This document shows, in pieces, positions 49,393 through 62,496 of a stretch of 64,000 nt of DNA (within the stretch, counting starts at the first letter, position 1; every line of letters starts with the position of its first letter). The stretch is from Camelus ferus (lineage: Eukaryota). The stretch covers positions 111,664,001 to 111,728,000 of the forward strand of contig NC_045696.1 of assembly GCF_009834535.1 (NCBI RefSeq). The letters are read 5' to 3'. The notes beneath the pieces are model-generated. The model did no database searches. It was not told the origin of the DNA and saw nothing but the letters and a program-made list of their open reading frames with translations. A program made the translations under genes and the position numbers.

Positions 49393-51599
49393 AAGATGAA
49401 GATGTGATTAACCTTATCAAGCATCCTTAGATCTATGAATTGAAATTTTGGTACATATGCACAAAAAGAGATAGGAAACTAGGTGTGTGTGTGTTGATGC
49501 ACACACGTGTGTACATGTACCTTCCAACCCACTCCACACTTGGTTGCCGAAGTCCAGCTGTGCCATACATGCATATGTGTACACATCTATTCATCCATCC
49601 ATCCATAGACATTCATTGCATTATGGCAATAACAGAAAAAAAAATTTAAGACAGAAACCATCTAAATATCCATAACTGAAAAATGGACAAATAAGGCATT
49701 GTTCAGTAATAACAGGGAACTACAGAACAGTCTAAATGAATAAGCAAGAAGTAGAAGTATTGGAATGTATAAATCTGGAAAACAAAGTTGAAAGAAATCT
49801 AGTTACAGAATCACACATAGAGTTTGGTTTATATATTTAAAAACAGAGAAAATGGTAGTATTTGATGGATACATATATTTGCAATGAAAGTTGCATGGAA
49901 GTTAAGCGTAGAGTGTAACTCTGGACAGGGGTTGGAAGGTGATGGGATTAAGAAAGGAACTAAACTAAATGTGGAAGATATTTATTACAGCTGAGTTGTG
50001 GATACAAGCCTCTCTGTTATGTACTTGTAAATGAATTTGAATATTTTCTGATAAAAATATTTTTTCGATAACTTTTTATCCAAAAACTCCAAAAGAAAGC
50101 TAATTGACTAAAAGTCAGTTGGTTAAAAGAAAACAGAATTCTTAAATGCACAAATGGTAGCAAAAAAAATTGCTAGAATTTTCTGGGCAAGGGTCATTTC
50201 TAAAATAAAAATGAGTAACAGTTTGTGCTCAATTAATAGAACCTATGTTCAGTGAAAAATGTCTGTGGATGACTCTGAGCATGAACTAGAAAATGCTGAT
50301 TGAGGCACAAAATGAGATACTATTTTCTTAGAAGCATAATCAATAAATTTGCACAGCCAGCTATAAAAACCGACTAGTGTCATTATATTTCAAGGTTTTA
50401 GTTTATATTCTTTCTATAGAAATCACTCTTTGTCCTTTAAAATGTGGAGCCAAAGCAAGAACACCTAAGTGGGCAGCTCAAAGCCTGAGCCCGGATCTGC
50501 TGTGGGCAGTCCTTGCCTTTCCTGGTCCCATCCAGGTAACTGGGGCTCTTCAAGCCCCGCCCAGTCCTGAGTCAGTTTGAAGCAAGGTTTCTAGTGCATT
50601 CCTAGTCTAAGAGCCATTATCCTGTGGGCTCTAAATTCCATCTCACTGCCCAACTCAGTCTAGCTTTCTACTCCACTCCACGCTGGGTCCCTTAAGCTCA
50701 GCTGTTCCCTGTACGTGCAGAAGCCACACGGGCCCCGTGAGCAGAAACATCAGGTGCATGCCAAACTGTTGGCCGTTTTTCTAGCTTTACACTCCTAACC
50801 ACAAAGTCTCCCAGCCTTCTTGTCCCAACTGTGGTGTTTCTGAGTCTTTACCCCAATGTTAACGCTTACGTGAAGGTTCCTCCAGGACTGGTCACTCTTC
50901 CCTGCATTCCAGTCTTTACTTTTCTGCCAAAGCCTGGTCCTGTGTTTGAGACACTTCCGGTTGTCTTAGGTCAGCTTCGCTCTCTGTATCCACCCTTTGG
51001 ACACCCCGACTCCACTTCTTCCCATGCTCTAGCCCCTCGGCAAGTGGGCCAAGCAGAGGGGAGCACTGAGGACCTCCCTGACCACCAAAAACCAGGCCTC
51101 TGACTTGCGACCACGCTTCCATCCAGGCTTACTAATTTACTCTCCTATTTCCCTTCCTAGAGTGAAGGCCCTGCCTTGCAAAATTAACAATAGTAGCAAT
51201 AGCCACTTACATCTGCTCAGACTGAGGCAGGGAGACAGAAGGTACTCTGTGCATTTCAGGTGCAAGTATTTTAGTACAAGGATTCAGAGGTTTACGTACC
51301 TGTTGGAAGGGCTGGGGGAGAGAGGGTTGGGAAGCTACCACCATCCACCTCGGCCTGAAGCATGGACGCGGTTGATCTTGAGGGCTCCCTGGAAAGCTCG
51401 GGGATCTGTCCATGACTCCAGTTCCAATTGCCTCCAAAGAATAGGGCCTCCTTCTCTTAGCTTTTGAATATCACCCCAGTGTTTCTCTGGGGAAAACTCT
51501 AACCCAGATCTAGATGGAGCAGGTAAGGCAAGGAAGTGACGTCTCGCAGGGACCTTTAAGCAGGCAGTATGGATGCGATTTCACAGCAGGCAAGCCAGC

Positions 51600-51830
51600 C
51601 CACTAACCGTTTACTGCATGCTTGGAATGTAGCAGGCACTTGACAAAGTGATGTCATCTAATCCTCACGGTAAGTCTGCGAGCCGGCTCTTTCTCCATTA
51701 ACACAAAGAGAAACAAAATTCAGAACGGTGAAGGAATGTGTCCAAGGCTACACAGCTAAAAAAAATGGCTCAATTAAGGCTTGAACTTAGGTGACCTGAC
51801 TGCACAACCCCATCACTGAGCTGCTCTGCT
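51600..51830 (-). mobile_element. MIR SINE
   Basis: GTCATCTAATCCTCAC...GTCCAAGGCTACACAGCTA...TTGAACTTAGGTGACCTGACT. Confidence 0.75.
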
Positions 51831-52439
51831 GTATGTCCCTGAGCCCTATTCTTTGGATTAGAACCCTTTCAAATGAACAAATCTTTGCTAGGACCCTCCG
51901 CTCGTAGTCAAAGACCGATCCTGTATCTCCAGCCTCTGGTTGGGGTCCCATTTCAAATTGGATAAACCTTCCAGAAACAAGGTAGTTCCTCCCAATCGAC
52001 CCAGTTTTCCTGCTGCCCGAAGTTTTCCAGAATGAAGGCTCCTGAGACATGCAAACTAAGACGTGTGTTGGCCACTTCCCTTTCACCCCTGAGATTCAGA
52101 CTGTGGGCCCTTCTCTCAAGGCCGCCTTTAGTCCCACACTAGTTCCCCTAGATGTAGGCTTTCTCCGTTTCCCACTTCTCCCTGTTCCCTACTAACCCAG
52201 GCTCCCAGCATCCTTCAAGTCCAAACCACACATGTTAAAATACTGCAAGACTTCAGCAAGCCAGTGCTGTGCTCTTCTTGTCCCTAACTGGAACTCCAGA
52301 GCTCCCTACCACAAATGTACCGCGAACACCTTTCCCGATTTGAGTTAGTTAGACGACAGGCCTAACATGGCACAAAATTCTCGGTAGCTACTACAGACGC
52401 TCCCGAGGCACTGTAAGCCGCTCCCCAGAAGGCTCAAAC

Positions 52440-52850
52440 CTACCTCTCTCGTCTCACAGATCCACTATTTCCTTAAATACATCTTTTGTCCTCCCCAAAC
52501 TCATCTAGCTACCATTTGTCTAAAAGATCCTGTGTGGACCTGCCTCTATACCTTTACTCAAGGTTTTATTTATTTCCACTTCGAATGCCCTCTTTACTCC
52601 CCAGTCACTCCTGGCAAATCACAGCCCATTTCTCGAGTCACATCACAAATGGTACCTGGCGAAATTTATACTTCTCAATAACAAGCATCGCGCTGTGCTG
52701 GCATCCTGGCTGTTTGGGTGAGCGTGCTCTCTCTCCCATTGAATGAAAATCACGGAGGGAAAGGATTATTCATCCTAATGATGCTCCTCACCCACACGTT
52801 TATAGATACCTACATGGCCTAAGGACATAATAGATAATCAATTAAAAAGA
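52440..52850 (+). mobile_element. L2 fragment
   Basis: Degraded L2 3' region ending GGCCTAAGGACATAATAGATAATCAAT. Confidence 0.5.
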
Positions 52851-54089
52851 AACTTTCCAATTCAATTTAAGAGTTGAAAGAAGGTCAAGAAAACCGTTAC
52901 CTAATAAAGTAGAATGTTCCTGTTTTCCCCAACTGGAAAAGACATATTTTATACAATGATTTCTAGCCATACAAAATAGAGACTTTAGATTACATAAGTA
53001 TAAAGAAATTTAATAAGAAATCACTAAAGGGAAAATTCCTGGGGGAGGAGGGGGTGAAATCTAGTTTCCAGTTACCAATGGATTTTAACTATCACCTCAT
53101 CCCAAGATTGGAGGCCTATGAGGACAAATTACAAATTCTGAAATTTAATTACGTTCCACTTGCATCCATTATTTTCAGTCCATTAAAACACTTATTCAAA
53201 CCCTTGGGGTTTCCCCTACCTCCCTTCCTAAAAGTATTGCCTTCAGTATGTTAAATGAGTTAACAGAAGCTTTTGCTGAATCCTTGCCAAAACACACTAA
53301 ATGACTGAGACTAGAGCCAATGTATCTCCTGAGTCATTCGAATACAGGAGTAGCCAACATCCAGAGAGAATGACAGCCTAATAATATAGGCGGTGTCAAA
53401 GGCTGAAGACACTGGGGAGTCTTAAGGGACTGAAACTAAATGTTGGGCAGCAAGGAATCTTTGTTTTTCACTGAAAGGAAAACTTCAGGTCTAGGTGTAA
53501 ATCTACCTCCATCCTGACGGAGGTAGACACCAAAGGAACCAACCTGATAAAAATTAAAAACCTGAAGAGGCCTGGGTAAAAGTGAAGCTGAGGTAGGAAA
53601 GCTGAAGATTAAGGTTTCCAATACATCAGAGGCAAGTATCTGTAAGCCCAGAGGTAAAGGCAGGAGCTACGGAACCTGTCCTGCACCATCCAACAGTCTG
53701 GACGGCAGATCCTGAAGACAGAGGTGATGGGTCTTGGGTATCAGGGATCAGAAGCAGGTCAAGCATTTGAAACACAAAAAGGTCAAAGCAGAGGTGAGGA
53801 GGACAACAGGATTTTCATGGCCAAGGTAGATAGAAATACAGAATTCTGAACAGCATATTGATCAAGGCAGCGGCACCAAGAATAAGCAGGCAAGAGTCTG
53901 ATTTGTGAAATAAACATGATTTATTTCTGAAACCCAAACTCTCTGATTTCCTTTATGCATTTCGCTAATTGTGAATTTTTCTGAGTTCACAGGTAAGTGG
54001 AGAAAGTACTTAAACTAGCTGGAGCCCAAGACCATCCCAGATACCAGCAAACTCTACTGGCAGCTGGAACAGGAGCAGATGAGTTGGGT

Positions 54090-54582
54090 TTGGCAGATCG
54101 TATGTTCCAGAGATGGCCATCACAACATCCCCAACAGAGACGCTCATTGTAGTGCGACCTTGCCACTTCCCATCAAGAAGTCAAGACTCAATATCCAACC
54201 AGAGTGGCTTGCTTGACCCATAAAATGAGGCAGCAGTGACACTCTGGGACTTCTGAGAAAGGGTCAGAAGCTTCCACTGGGACCTCTCAGGTCACCCTCT
54301 GGGCTGTGAGAACTGCTCCTACGCTGGGAGAGCTCTAAGCCACGTGGAAAGGCCATGGGGAGGCATTCAGACGGGCAGCACCGGAAGAGCTCTCAGCAGT
54401 CAGCATCAGCCAGGGGACATCCCAGCCCAACAGAACCTTCAGATCAACGCAGCCTTAGCCTCTGTCTGACTTCAACTGCATGAGAGATCTCAGGGTGAGC
54501 CCAGTCAACCCACAAAACTGTGAGAGATAATAAACCATTATTTTAATAAGCCATATGTTGCAATATAGCAATGAGTAATCAG
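54090..54582 (+). mobile_element. MLT1H-like MaLR solo LTR
   Basis: AGATGGCC...CCTTGCCACTTCCCATCAAGA...CTGACTTCAACTGCATGAGAGA...CCCAGTCAACCCACA...GATAATAAA. Confidence 0.85.
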
Positions 54583-55189
54583 TGCTGGGGTTTCAGGGAT
54601 GATTTTCAAATTTATGCTAGCCGGTAATATTAAAACCATGTCATTTACAGTTATTACCTCTAGCAGACTCAGAGATTCACTCGGTTCCCCCATCTCACCT
54701 CTTTTGATGGTCTAATGAAAAGTTTGGTGGAGGGAGACTTTGGAGGTTAAAATGAGACTGGGGATTGTCTGTGGAGTTTGAGTTGCAGTGTCCCCCACTG
54801 CTGCACATACCTGAGAGATAAATCAGACGTTGTTCAAACAATTAACGCCTGTGGCTGTGCTGCTTGTTACATTGCTGCTTTTCCTCCTGAAACGTTCCAG
54901 CTATTTCACTTCCGTGCAAACCTTCCATTGTTCAGTCCCTGGTAATGCAGGGCCGAAAAGCAGAACATAAAGTGATTCTCAGTTTATAGTCAATTCTCAA
55001 TCATTCACGGCTCATGGATTCACGTTTCAGTCCTTGCAGCTCTGCTTTAATACTGGCTTCACTGGCATTTGGGCACGTCTGGAAATTCAGTCTGTTTAAT
55101 TACTGTTTTCTAACATCGCAACAAAGTTTTTCAAAATCTAGATATTGTCTCTTCTCATGAAGATTTGGGCTAGACGGAAGGAGGACAAA

Positions 55190-55400
55190 AGGAAACATTT
55201 ACATATTGTCTTTTGTGTGTACATTGCTTCACATACATTATTGGATTTAATCCCGACAGCAACACTATGAGGTGTTGCTATCTCCGTTTTATAGAAAAAG
55301 AAACTGAGGCTCAGGGAGATCAACTTAGGTTTGCTACTTAACACTAGGATTAGGAGTATAAATTCTAGAATCAAAAAGGTTTGGAATGAATCCTCTATTG
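55190..55400 (-). mobile_element. MIR SINE
   Basis: ATTTAATCCCGACAGCAACACTATGAGG...GTTTTATAGAAAAAGAAACTGAGGCTCAG. Confidence 0.85.
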
Positions 55401-55901
55401 CATCATGCTATGTTTCCATTGGTTTTTTAATGGAGATCTCATCTCGGTTCTTCTGTACGGCCATTTCTCTATGATTTAGCTTTCAGAAAAGTTACGTTTT
55501 TCTTAAATGACCTAGCATCTACTTTCTTTAACTCACAGCCTCACCGATCTGGTAAACACCTAGCCTTAGGGGTGAAACAGGCGACCACTTAACTCCACTA
55601 GCAGCAGCACTGTGCCCTAAAACAGAACAGGAAGTGGAAAGAACACGACAGGTCACTTTAAAAGGTAGAGAGACAAAAAATAAATAAATAAATATTTAAA
55701 AATTTAAGAATTAAAGATACAGAGACCACATGACCTGGAATTTTTTGGATAATGTTTTCTCCTGTTCTTAAAACTACATTTCTACCCATCAGTGTATCCT
55801 GAGTATTGTTTGAAAAACATTGCCATTCTCTGTATAGAGAGGAAAGGTAGCCCTTGACTATTAGGGGTTATTTGGTAGCCTTTTGCTAAATACAGGCCTT
55901 T

Positions 55902-56796
55902 TTTTTTTCCAATTGAAGTATAGTCAGTTTACAATGTGTCAATTTCTGGTGTACAGCATGTTTCAGTCATACATATACATTCATATATTCCTTTTCATAT
56001 GCTTTTTCATTATAGGTTACTACAAGATATTGAATATAGTTCCCTGTGCTATATAGAAGAAACTTGTTGTTTATCTATTTTATATGTAGTGGTTATCATT
56101 TGCAAATCTCGATCTCCCAAATTTATCCCTTCCCACCCGCTTCCCCCAGTAACCATGAGATTGTTTTCTATGTCTGTGAGTCTGTTTCTGTTTTGTAGGT
56201 GAGTTCATAAGTATCTTCTTTTTTCTTTTTTTAGATTCCACATATGAGTAATAACATACGGTATTTTTCTTTTTCTTTCTGGCTTACTTCACTTAGAATG
56301 ATGATCTCTAGGTCCATCCATGTTGCTGTAAATGGCAATTTTTTCTTTTTTAAGGCTGAGTAGTATTCCATTGTATAAATACAGCACAGCTTCTTTATCC
56401 AGTCATCTGTCAATGGACATTTAGGTTGTTTCCATATCTTGGCTATTGTAAATAGTGCTGCTATGAACAATGGGGTGCAGGTGTCTTTTCAAATTAGAGT
56501 TCCCTCTGGATATATGCCCAGGAGTGAGATTGCTGGATCATATGTTAAGCCTATTTTTAGTTTTTTGAGGAATCTCCATACTGTTTTCCATAATGGCTGC
56601 AACAAACTACATTCCCACCAACAGTGTGGGAGGGTTGTTTTTTCTCCACAGCCTCTCCAGCATTTATCATTTGTGGATTTTTGAATGATGACCATTCTGA
56701 CTCATGTGAGGTGATACCTCATGGTAGTTTCGATTTGCATTTGTCTGATAATTAGCGATACTGAGAATTTTTTTCATGTGCCTACTGGCCATTTGC
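55902..56796 (-). mobile_element. 5'-truncated LINE-1, antisense
   Basis: Minus ORFs 56231..56470 and 56489..56695 are ORF2p C-terminal. TSD AAATACAGGCCTTT (55888-55901) / AAATATGGGCCTTT (56797-56810). Confidence 0.96.
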
Positions 56797-57346
56797 AAAT
56801 ATGGGCCTTTAATGCGGATACATAGCTCACTGCCAATTTTACTTCATATTTTACATGCAATGCAGGATGGAAATATAGACGGTCTGCAGTGCAGCTTGTA
56901 ATTTCTACCTATTAAAAAACTTTGTGGTGATGACTTATTCATTAACTAAGGGACCTTAACTCTAGGCAGGTGGTTCTAATTCTCTTTCAGTAGTGTGATT
57001 TTTGCCTGGCTCCCGACTGGCAGCTGGAATTAAGCAAAGAATTGAGTTTCATTCTACAGTATGACAATCTTTGGGGAACACTAAGAGGTAAATAAAAAAA
57101 TTAGTCTACAACCTCTCATATACTGAAATCATAAAAGCATTTCCAGGCATCATAGAAGATGCAACAATGGAATGCAGAGGGTTGTAAATCAGAGAGCACA
57201 AGACTGTGCTGAAGATTAAGTAATGACAACGCGCAAATTAACATCAGCAGTAATCCTGGAGGAACACATTTTACTGGGGGAATATCAATCTCAGCCTAGG
57301 CAGGCGGGGGAGAGGGAGAAGCAGGCACAGAGATCAACAGAGAATC

Positions 57347-57489
57347 TCTAACCTATAATGAAAAAGAATATAAAAATGAATATATGCATATATATGTATG
57401 ACTGAAACACTATGCTGTACACCAGAAATTGACACCTTGTAACTGACTAGGCTTCAATAAAATAATTAATTAATTAATTTCTTTAAGAA
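57347..57489 (+). mobile_element. Short L1 3' end
   Basis: AACCTATAATGAAAAAGAATAT...TGTAACTGACT...TTCAATAAAA. Flanking AGAGAATC repeat at 57339 and 57490. Confidence 0.85.
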
Positions 57490-58406
57490 AGAGAATCCCC
57501 AGCAAATATCCACATTTTTTTTAACTATAAAGTAAAGGAACACAATACTAGACCTAAGCTTTTTTAATCTAAGTGAAAGTGTGAAGAAATTAAAATTGTC
57601 TGTAACTGAAACTAGTCAGCTAGAATTGTGTCAACAAAGACAAATAAAAAACCAAGTGAAGACGGCCTTTTATTTGATCTTGATAATAAAATAAATACAA
57701 AAGAAAAAGGAATGTGTTTGAAAAATTGGGAAAAGCCATTCAGAAAATAAGACCCACTGAAGTAAACCTCTCAGGGTGAGTCTAGACACATGGCAGGCTG
57801 AGCCGATGCAGCCACTTTCCCACTGCAAAGCCGAGAGTGGTACTGGGCCCAAATATGGGCTCCAGGAGATGCCTGGCCTGAATCGGGTTCAGGATGGGTG
57901 GGGGGGGTGATACTGGAAGTAAGACCACACCAGAAAACCTGAAACTAGCCCCAGGCATCCAGTCCACAGCTAGAAACTTAGAGAGACTCCATCCCCAAGG
58001 AAAGCAAAGCATCAAGGAAACTTGCCGTCTGGGTGGGAAACAAGAAAGTCTCCTGGAAAAAATGTGAAAATCCAGGCTCGCCCTACATGCAGGAATAGAG
58101 TCAGGAGGTGATAGTATGTGAGAGATAATAATAAGTCGTTGTCTTAGCCATAGGTTTGGGGGCGGCTTGTCATGTAGCAAGAGGTAGTCAGGAGTTACAA
58201 GAATGATTTTATATTTCCTTCATGGGGCAGGAATTTCAAGCAGAGAAATTAACACAAGAAAACTGGTCTGAAACTGATAAAACATCTGAAGCACTGACAG
58301 AAGCAAGAAAAATCACTTTGAAGTGCTCCTTCGGACTCACTGCAACTCACACACTGGCAGCTCAATATAAACAAGCTAAAGATACGCTAACAATTAAAAA
58401 ATTACA

Positions 58407-58641
58407 GTGGGGATGGGGGCACAAAACAGGTAAAGGGACTGAGGTACAAACCTCCAGTTATATAACAAGTCATGGGGATGTAATATACAGCATAAGGAAT
58501 ATGGTCATTATATGGTGATAACTTCGTGTGGTGACAGATGGTTATCAGACATACCCTGGTGATCATAATGTGTGCAAATGTCAACTCACTGTGTGGTACG
58601 CCTGAAACTGACATAATATTGTACATCAACTATATTTCAAT
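58407..58641 (+). mobile_element. L1MA-type 3' end
   Basis: GAGGTACAAACCTCCAGTTATA...ATTGTACATCAACTATATTTCAA. TSD TTAAAAAATT(A/G)CA at 58394-58406 and 58642-58654. Confidence 0.88.
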
Positions 58642-58864
58642 TTAAAAAATTGCAAATCACTCAAGAAAATGAACAACCATAAGAGACATAGCAAACAAAA
58701 AAAACTTTACAACCTAAAGAGAGTTTATAAACTGTGTATTAAAAAATATTAAGAAAATTAAAAATAGAGATGATAATAATGAAGGTCTTAGTTATTTCTT
58801 GATTTCTGAACTATGTCTTCAGACATTCCTTTAGTAATGCTAGTAGTGAACTCTGTTTACCCGA

Positions 58865-59077
58865 GAAAAGGGGAGGAAGAGGGTAGAGACTGTGAAGGGC
58901 ATGAGGGAACTTTTGGGGTGATGGAAATACACTACAACTTGATTGCTATTGGATAACAAAACTGTGTTTTGTCAAAACTTGGTAAAGTATGCATTTTACT
59001 GTAAAAGGATGAGTTTTCCTCTACGTAAATTATACCTCAATGCCTGACACTTAAAAAAAAAAAAAAAAAAAAAAAAA
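58865..59077 (+). mobile_element. Old L1 (MC/MD/ME-type) 3' end with A25 tail
   Basis: GGGCATGAGGGAACTTTTGGGGTGATGGAAAT...GTAAATTATACCTCAAT. Confidence 0.85.
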
Positions 59078-60084
59078 CTCCTTTCAGGGTATCCACAGAC
59101 AGAAAACAGGGCAAAACAGACATTTTCATTCAGAGAAAAAGAATATTTGCCAAGGTTCACCAAGAAAGAAACTCACCCAAACAAGCAAAGTCATGGAAAA
59201 GAAGTGGATTCAAGTCCCATTAAGGGTTTATTTAAGTCAGTTAAGACCTGAACGCCAGGCCCCAAAAGGAGACTTGGGCAGCCTCCCAGGGGGAAGCAGC
59301 TTTCCGGGTGAGATTCAGTGTCAACTCAGAGCCACATCCATTTTTGAAAAATGTATAACAGAAACATTTACATTCATTTATAGCACTGGAAAATAATAAT
59401 AAATCCTTAGTAAACAGGTTTTTCACTGAAAAGTGACTCAGAACATATGAAATCATTCAAGTCCAGACTTTGCCAGTAATAAGTAACATAACCTTGAGCC
59501 AGACGTCTCACTGCTCTGCTGCTTGGAGTCCTTGTCTGTGATAATAAAAAGAGTGAACCAGTTTGCCCCTCTGGTCCACTCCTGCATTCATATCATAAGA
59601 GTTTATAGACACTTTGGGCTTAAGACAAGGGGCCACTGAAACTTCAAAGTCAAAATATTCAAATGGAGAAAAATAAGAGAGACGTGTGCAGTCTGTCTAA
59701 CTGCCGTGACAGATTAAAGGTGTGCAATCAGAGAAGACTAAAATCAGGCTTCCCTCAAAAATCTCCATTTGGGGGGTTTTGCTCTAAAAACTAATTTCTT
59801 ACAGATGCAAATGGAATGAAAATGTTCATTACAATATTTATATGAAGTTTAAGAAGATGATAGTTCCGTATGTCATGTTCCATTCCTTCAAAGTTCTATT
59901 TTAACTGTTTTTCAGAGATTATTGATATAGTAGCCAATCAGCTTAAGCACAATTTAGACTTTATTAGAGAAATGCAGAGCACATGGAACTCCAGGGCAAG
60001 AAGTTTAGATGAGCCTCAGAAAGGGCTGAAACCGGACATCAGGCCTGAGGCTACTGTTTCTGACTCTCTGAGGCTGCGTTAGAG

Positions 60085-60815
60085 TGTCTTCTGTCACCAG
60101 CTGGTACACTGCGATCTACATCTGGCACTGACCATTTGGAATCAGCACAAGCTGAGACTTCAGTCCTTCACAAGACTGCTCTCACTGCCCTGCCAGCCGG
60201 ACATCAAGGGTCCCCTGGCCACCTGCACGTCTCAATGTCTGGCTACAGATTCAAGGGTCCCCATGAACCCCTTGCGCTAGACTGACTCTCACAACTCAGG
60301 AAAGCACTGTAATCACAGTCTTTTATTATAAAGGATACAAATCAGGACTAGTCAGAGGAAGCAACACAAAGCCACGGTCTGGGAGGGCCCCAAACACAGA
60401 GCTTCCATGCCCTCCTCCCATGGAATCAGGACACACTACTCTCCTGGTACAGAAATGTGTTCACCTACCAGGAAGCTCCACTGAGCGCCTGCGTCTGGAG
60501 TGTTTGCTGAGTTTTACTATATAAGCAGTATTGATAAGACCATTGGTCCTGTGATGATTGAACTTAATCTCCAGCCCTTCTCCTCTTCCTAGGGTCAGGC
60601 TGACACATAGTCTCTCCCCTCTAATCATATACATGGCCCCCATCCTGAAGCTATTTAGACAATGACCTTGAGGCATCTCATTAGCATAAATTCAGGTGCG
60701 ATCCGAGGGGCTCATGAATAACAAAGACACTTCTATCACTTGGGAAATTCTAAGAGTTTTAGAAGCTCTGTGCGAGGAACCCAGAACAAAGATCAGATGA
60801 ATTCTTTATTACACA
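60085..60815 (-). mobile_element. MER21-like ERVL LTR
   Basis: TTTATTATAAAGGATACAA...GAGCTTCCATGCCCTC...CCAGGAAGCTCC...TCTCATTAGCATAA...AATAACAAAGACAC. Confidence 0.88.
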
Positions 60816-61308
60816 ACCCAGCTCATCTCAGATTCTCTCTGTGCAGTATTTTTTTAATATTCTTTCCCTGCACGCAGGCATTCCTGGCTTTTAGACGCTG
60901 GTGGATCATGGCCATCCCAGCTGCAGAGCTCCAGTTTGACTTTCCAGTCAGTTTTAACCCAAATTCAATTCACTAACCAGCATCCCTAGGGTGGGAGACA
61001 AAGTCCAAGTGCCCCAGCTTGAGTCAAGCATCCATTGGTCTAACCTGCTGTGATCACAGGGCCAGAGTCGTAGGATGCTTCAAGATGAGTCTGACAGTTC
61101 TCAGAGATCAGAACATGGGCTTGGCAGGCAGCAGACAATGTATCGAAATACAAGTACTACGATTAAGAAAAGCACAAGGATCTGCACGAAGAGGACCAAG
61201 TGCAACCGAGCTCCAGGCTCGTGGCCTTCCTTCCTACTCTGCGTAAAATAGGTGTAGAAATAGTTCAGTTCAGCTTTACGCAGATAGAATGTCATTAAGA
61301 TTAACGTT

Positions 61309-61850
61309 TGTGAGATAATTAGGTAAGTGGAGACACTGGGCAGATGAGGTGGAGAAGAAGGAGGGTGGTCCGGAAGATGGCCATATGCCCACCTTCAGCA
61401 TAAAGGGGCTTTGCTTCCTGTAAATGAGCACCAGCAAGAAACTGATTAGAACTCAAGGGCCACAACTGGGTGGGTGGTAGTGACAAGCACCTAACCGGAC
61501 ATGACCCAGTGCTCATTATAATGTAATTAGCATTGAGGTTTAGCCTCTCCCTCCATGGGTTTTTCTGTGGGCATCATGGATAAAGACATTTGCAAAAGGG
61601 GACAAGCATGACTAGGCATTCCAGGGGCAAGAGCTGTCAATCAAGAGACCACCTCTGAGACAGGGGACCAAACACATTGCTAGCCACCCTTGGATCCGCC
61701 TGCCTCCCATTCTTGGAGGTGCACATTCCCTTTGCTAATTAAAACCTTTAAAATCTTTTGCTACACAATGCTCTGTCTCCCGTTTGAATTCTTATCTTCC
61801 AGGTAAGACAAAGAAAATGGGGTCTTTTCCCTTCCCCTTTTGGAGTAACA
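61309..61850 (+). mobile_element. ERV1-class solo LTR
   Basis: TG...CA ends, ATTAAA polyA-like signal near 61738, and a U5-like TGAATTCTT...TAACA end. Confidence 0.75.
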
Positions 61851-62496
61851 TGATCATGGGGGGCAAACCCAAGTTGGACATGTTCTTTTCTGTGTACAAA
61901 TGGTTCTATTTGGTTTTAGAAAAATCATTGTCAATGGAGAGAGCAGTTTGTAGAGAATGAGAGAAAGAGAAATTCTATTCAGGAATCGCAACGTGGAGCG
62001 CTCACAGAAGCCTGAGATGAAGTCTCACCAAGTAGCATGTATTTGAGCTAAAAGAGAAAAAGATAAAGGTCTCCTTAGCCGCATATGAAGGAAGCTAATT
62101 AAAGCTAGATTAAGAAAAATGAGAATGTGTCATAAAATGAGGAGATAGCTCATGAACTCCAGGTGCAGAAATACAATCTGGCCTCCGAAAGGGACTGAGA
62201 CCCAGGCCTCACGGTCCTCACAGCTGCTGTCTTCTGGGTTTTGCTCCAACCTCCCTCTCTCTCTCGCTCGCTCAGTCTCCCCAGAATTCCCATTTTGCTG
62301 TTTCTCAGGCCACAGCCATGCATGATGGGCACCTCACCTGAGTTTATTTTCCCTCATGAAAGGACAGATTAGAGGAGGCTAGGAGCCCTTAGTTGCAGTT
62401 CTTAGCTCCGTGAGATATTGCCTTGCTGGCCCCCTCTGCTGCAGTCAGCAGTGGCCCAGCGCGCAGGAATCCTATCAGTGCAAACATGGTGCCACT

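Larger units (their letters stand above)
47200..50060 (+). mobile_element. Ancient L1M(E)-type fragments, interrupted by a SINE and an LTR
   Basis: CAGAATGCAGCACAGAGAGACAAAGAG, ORF 48586..48837 (HFTPIKL...TRCW), TTTGGCAACATCTCTAGTAAA, and an old 3'UTR. Confidence 0.7.

Noticed and set aside
53494..53531. Hairpin TCTACCTCC/GGAGGTAGA with a GGTG/CACC extension
   Set aside because: A few 9-bp short-loop stems are expected by chance in 64 kb, and there is no other support.
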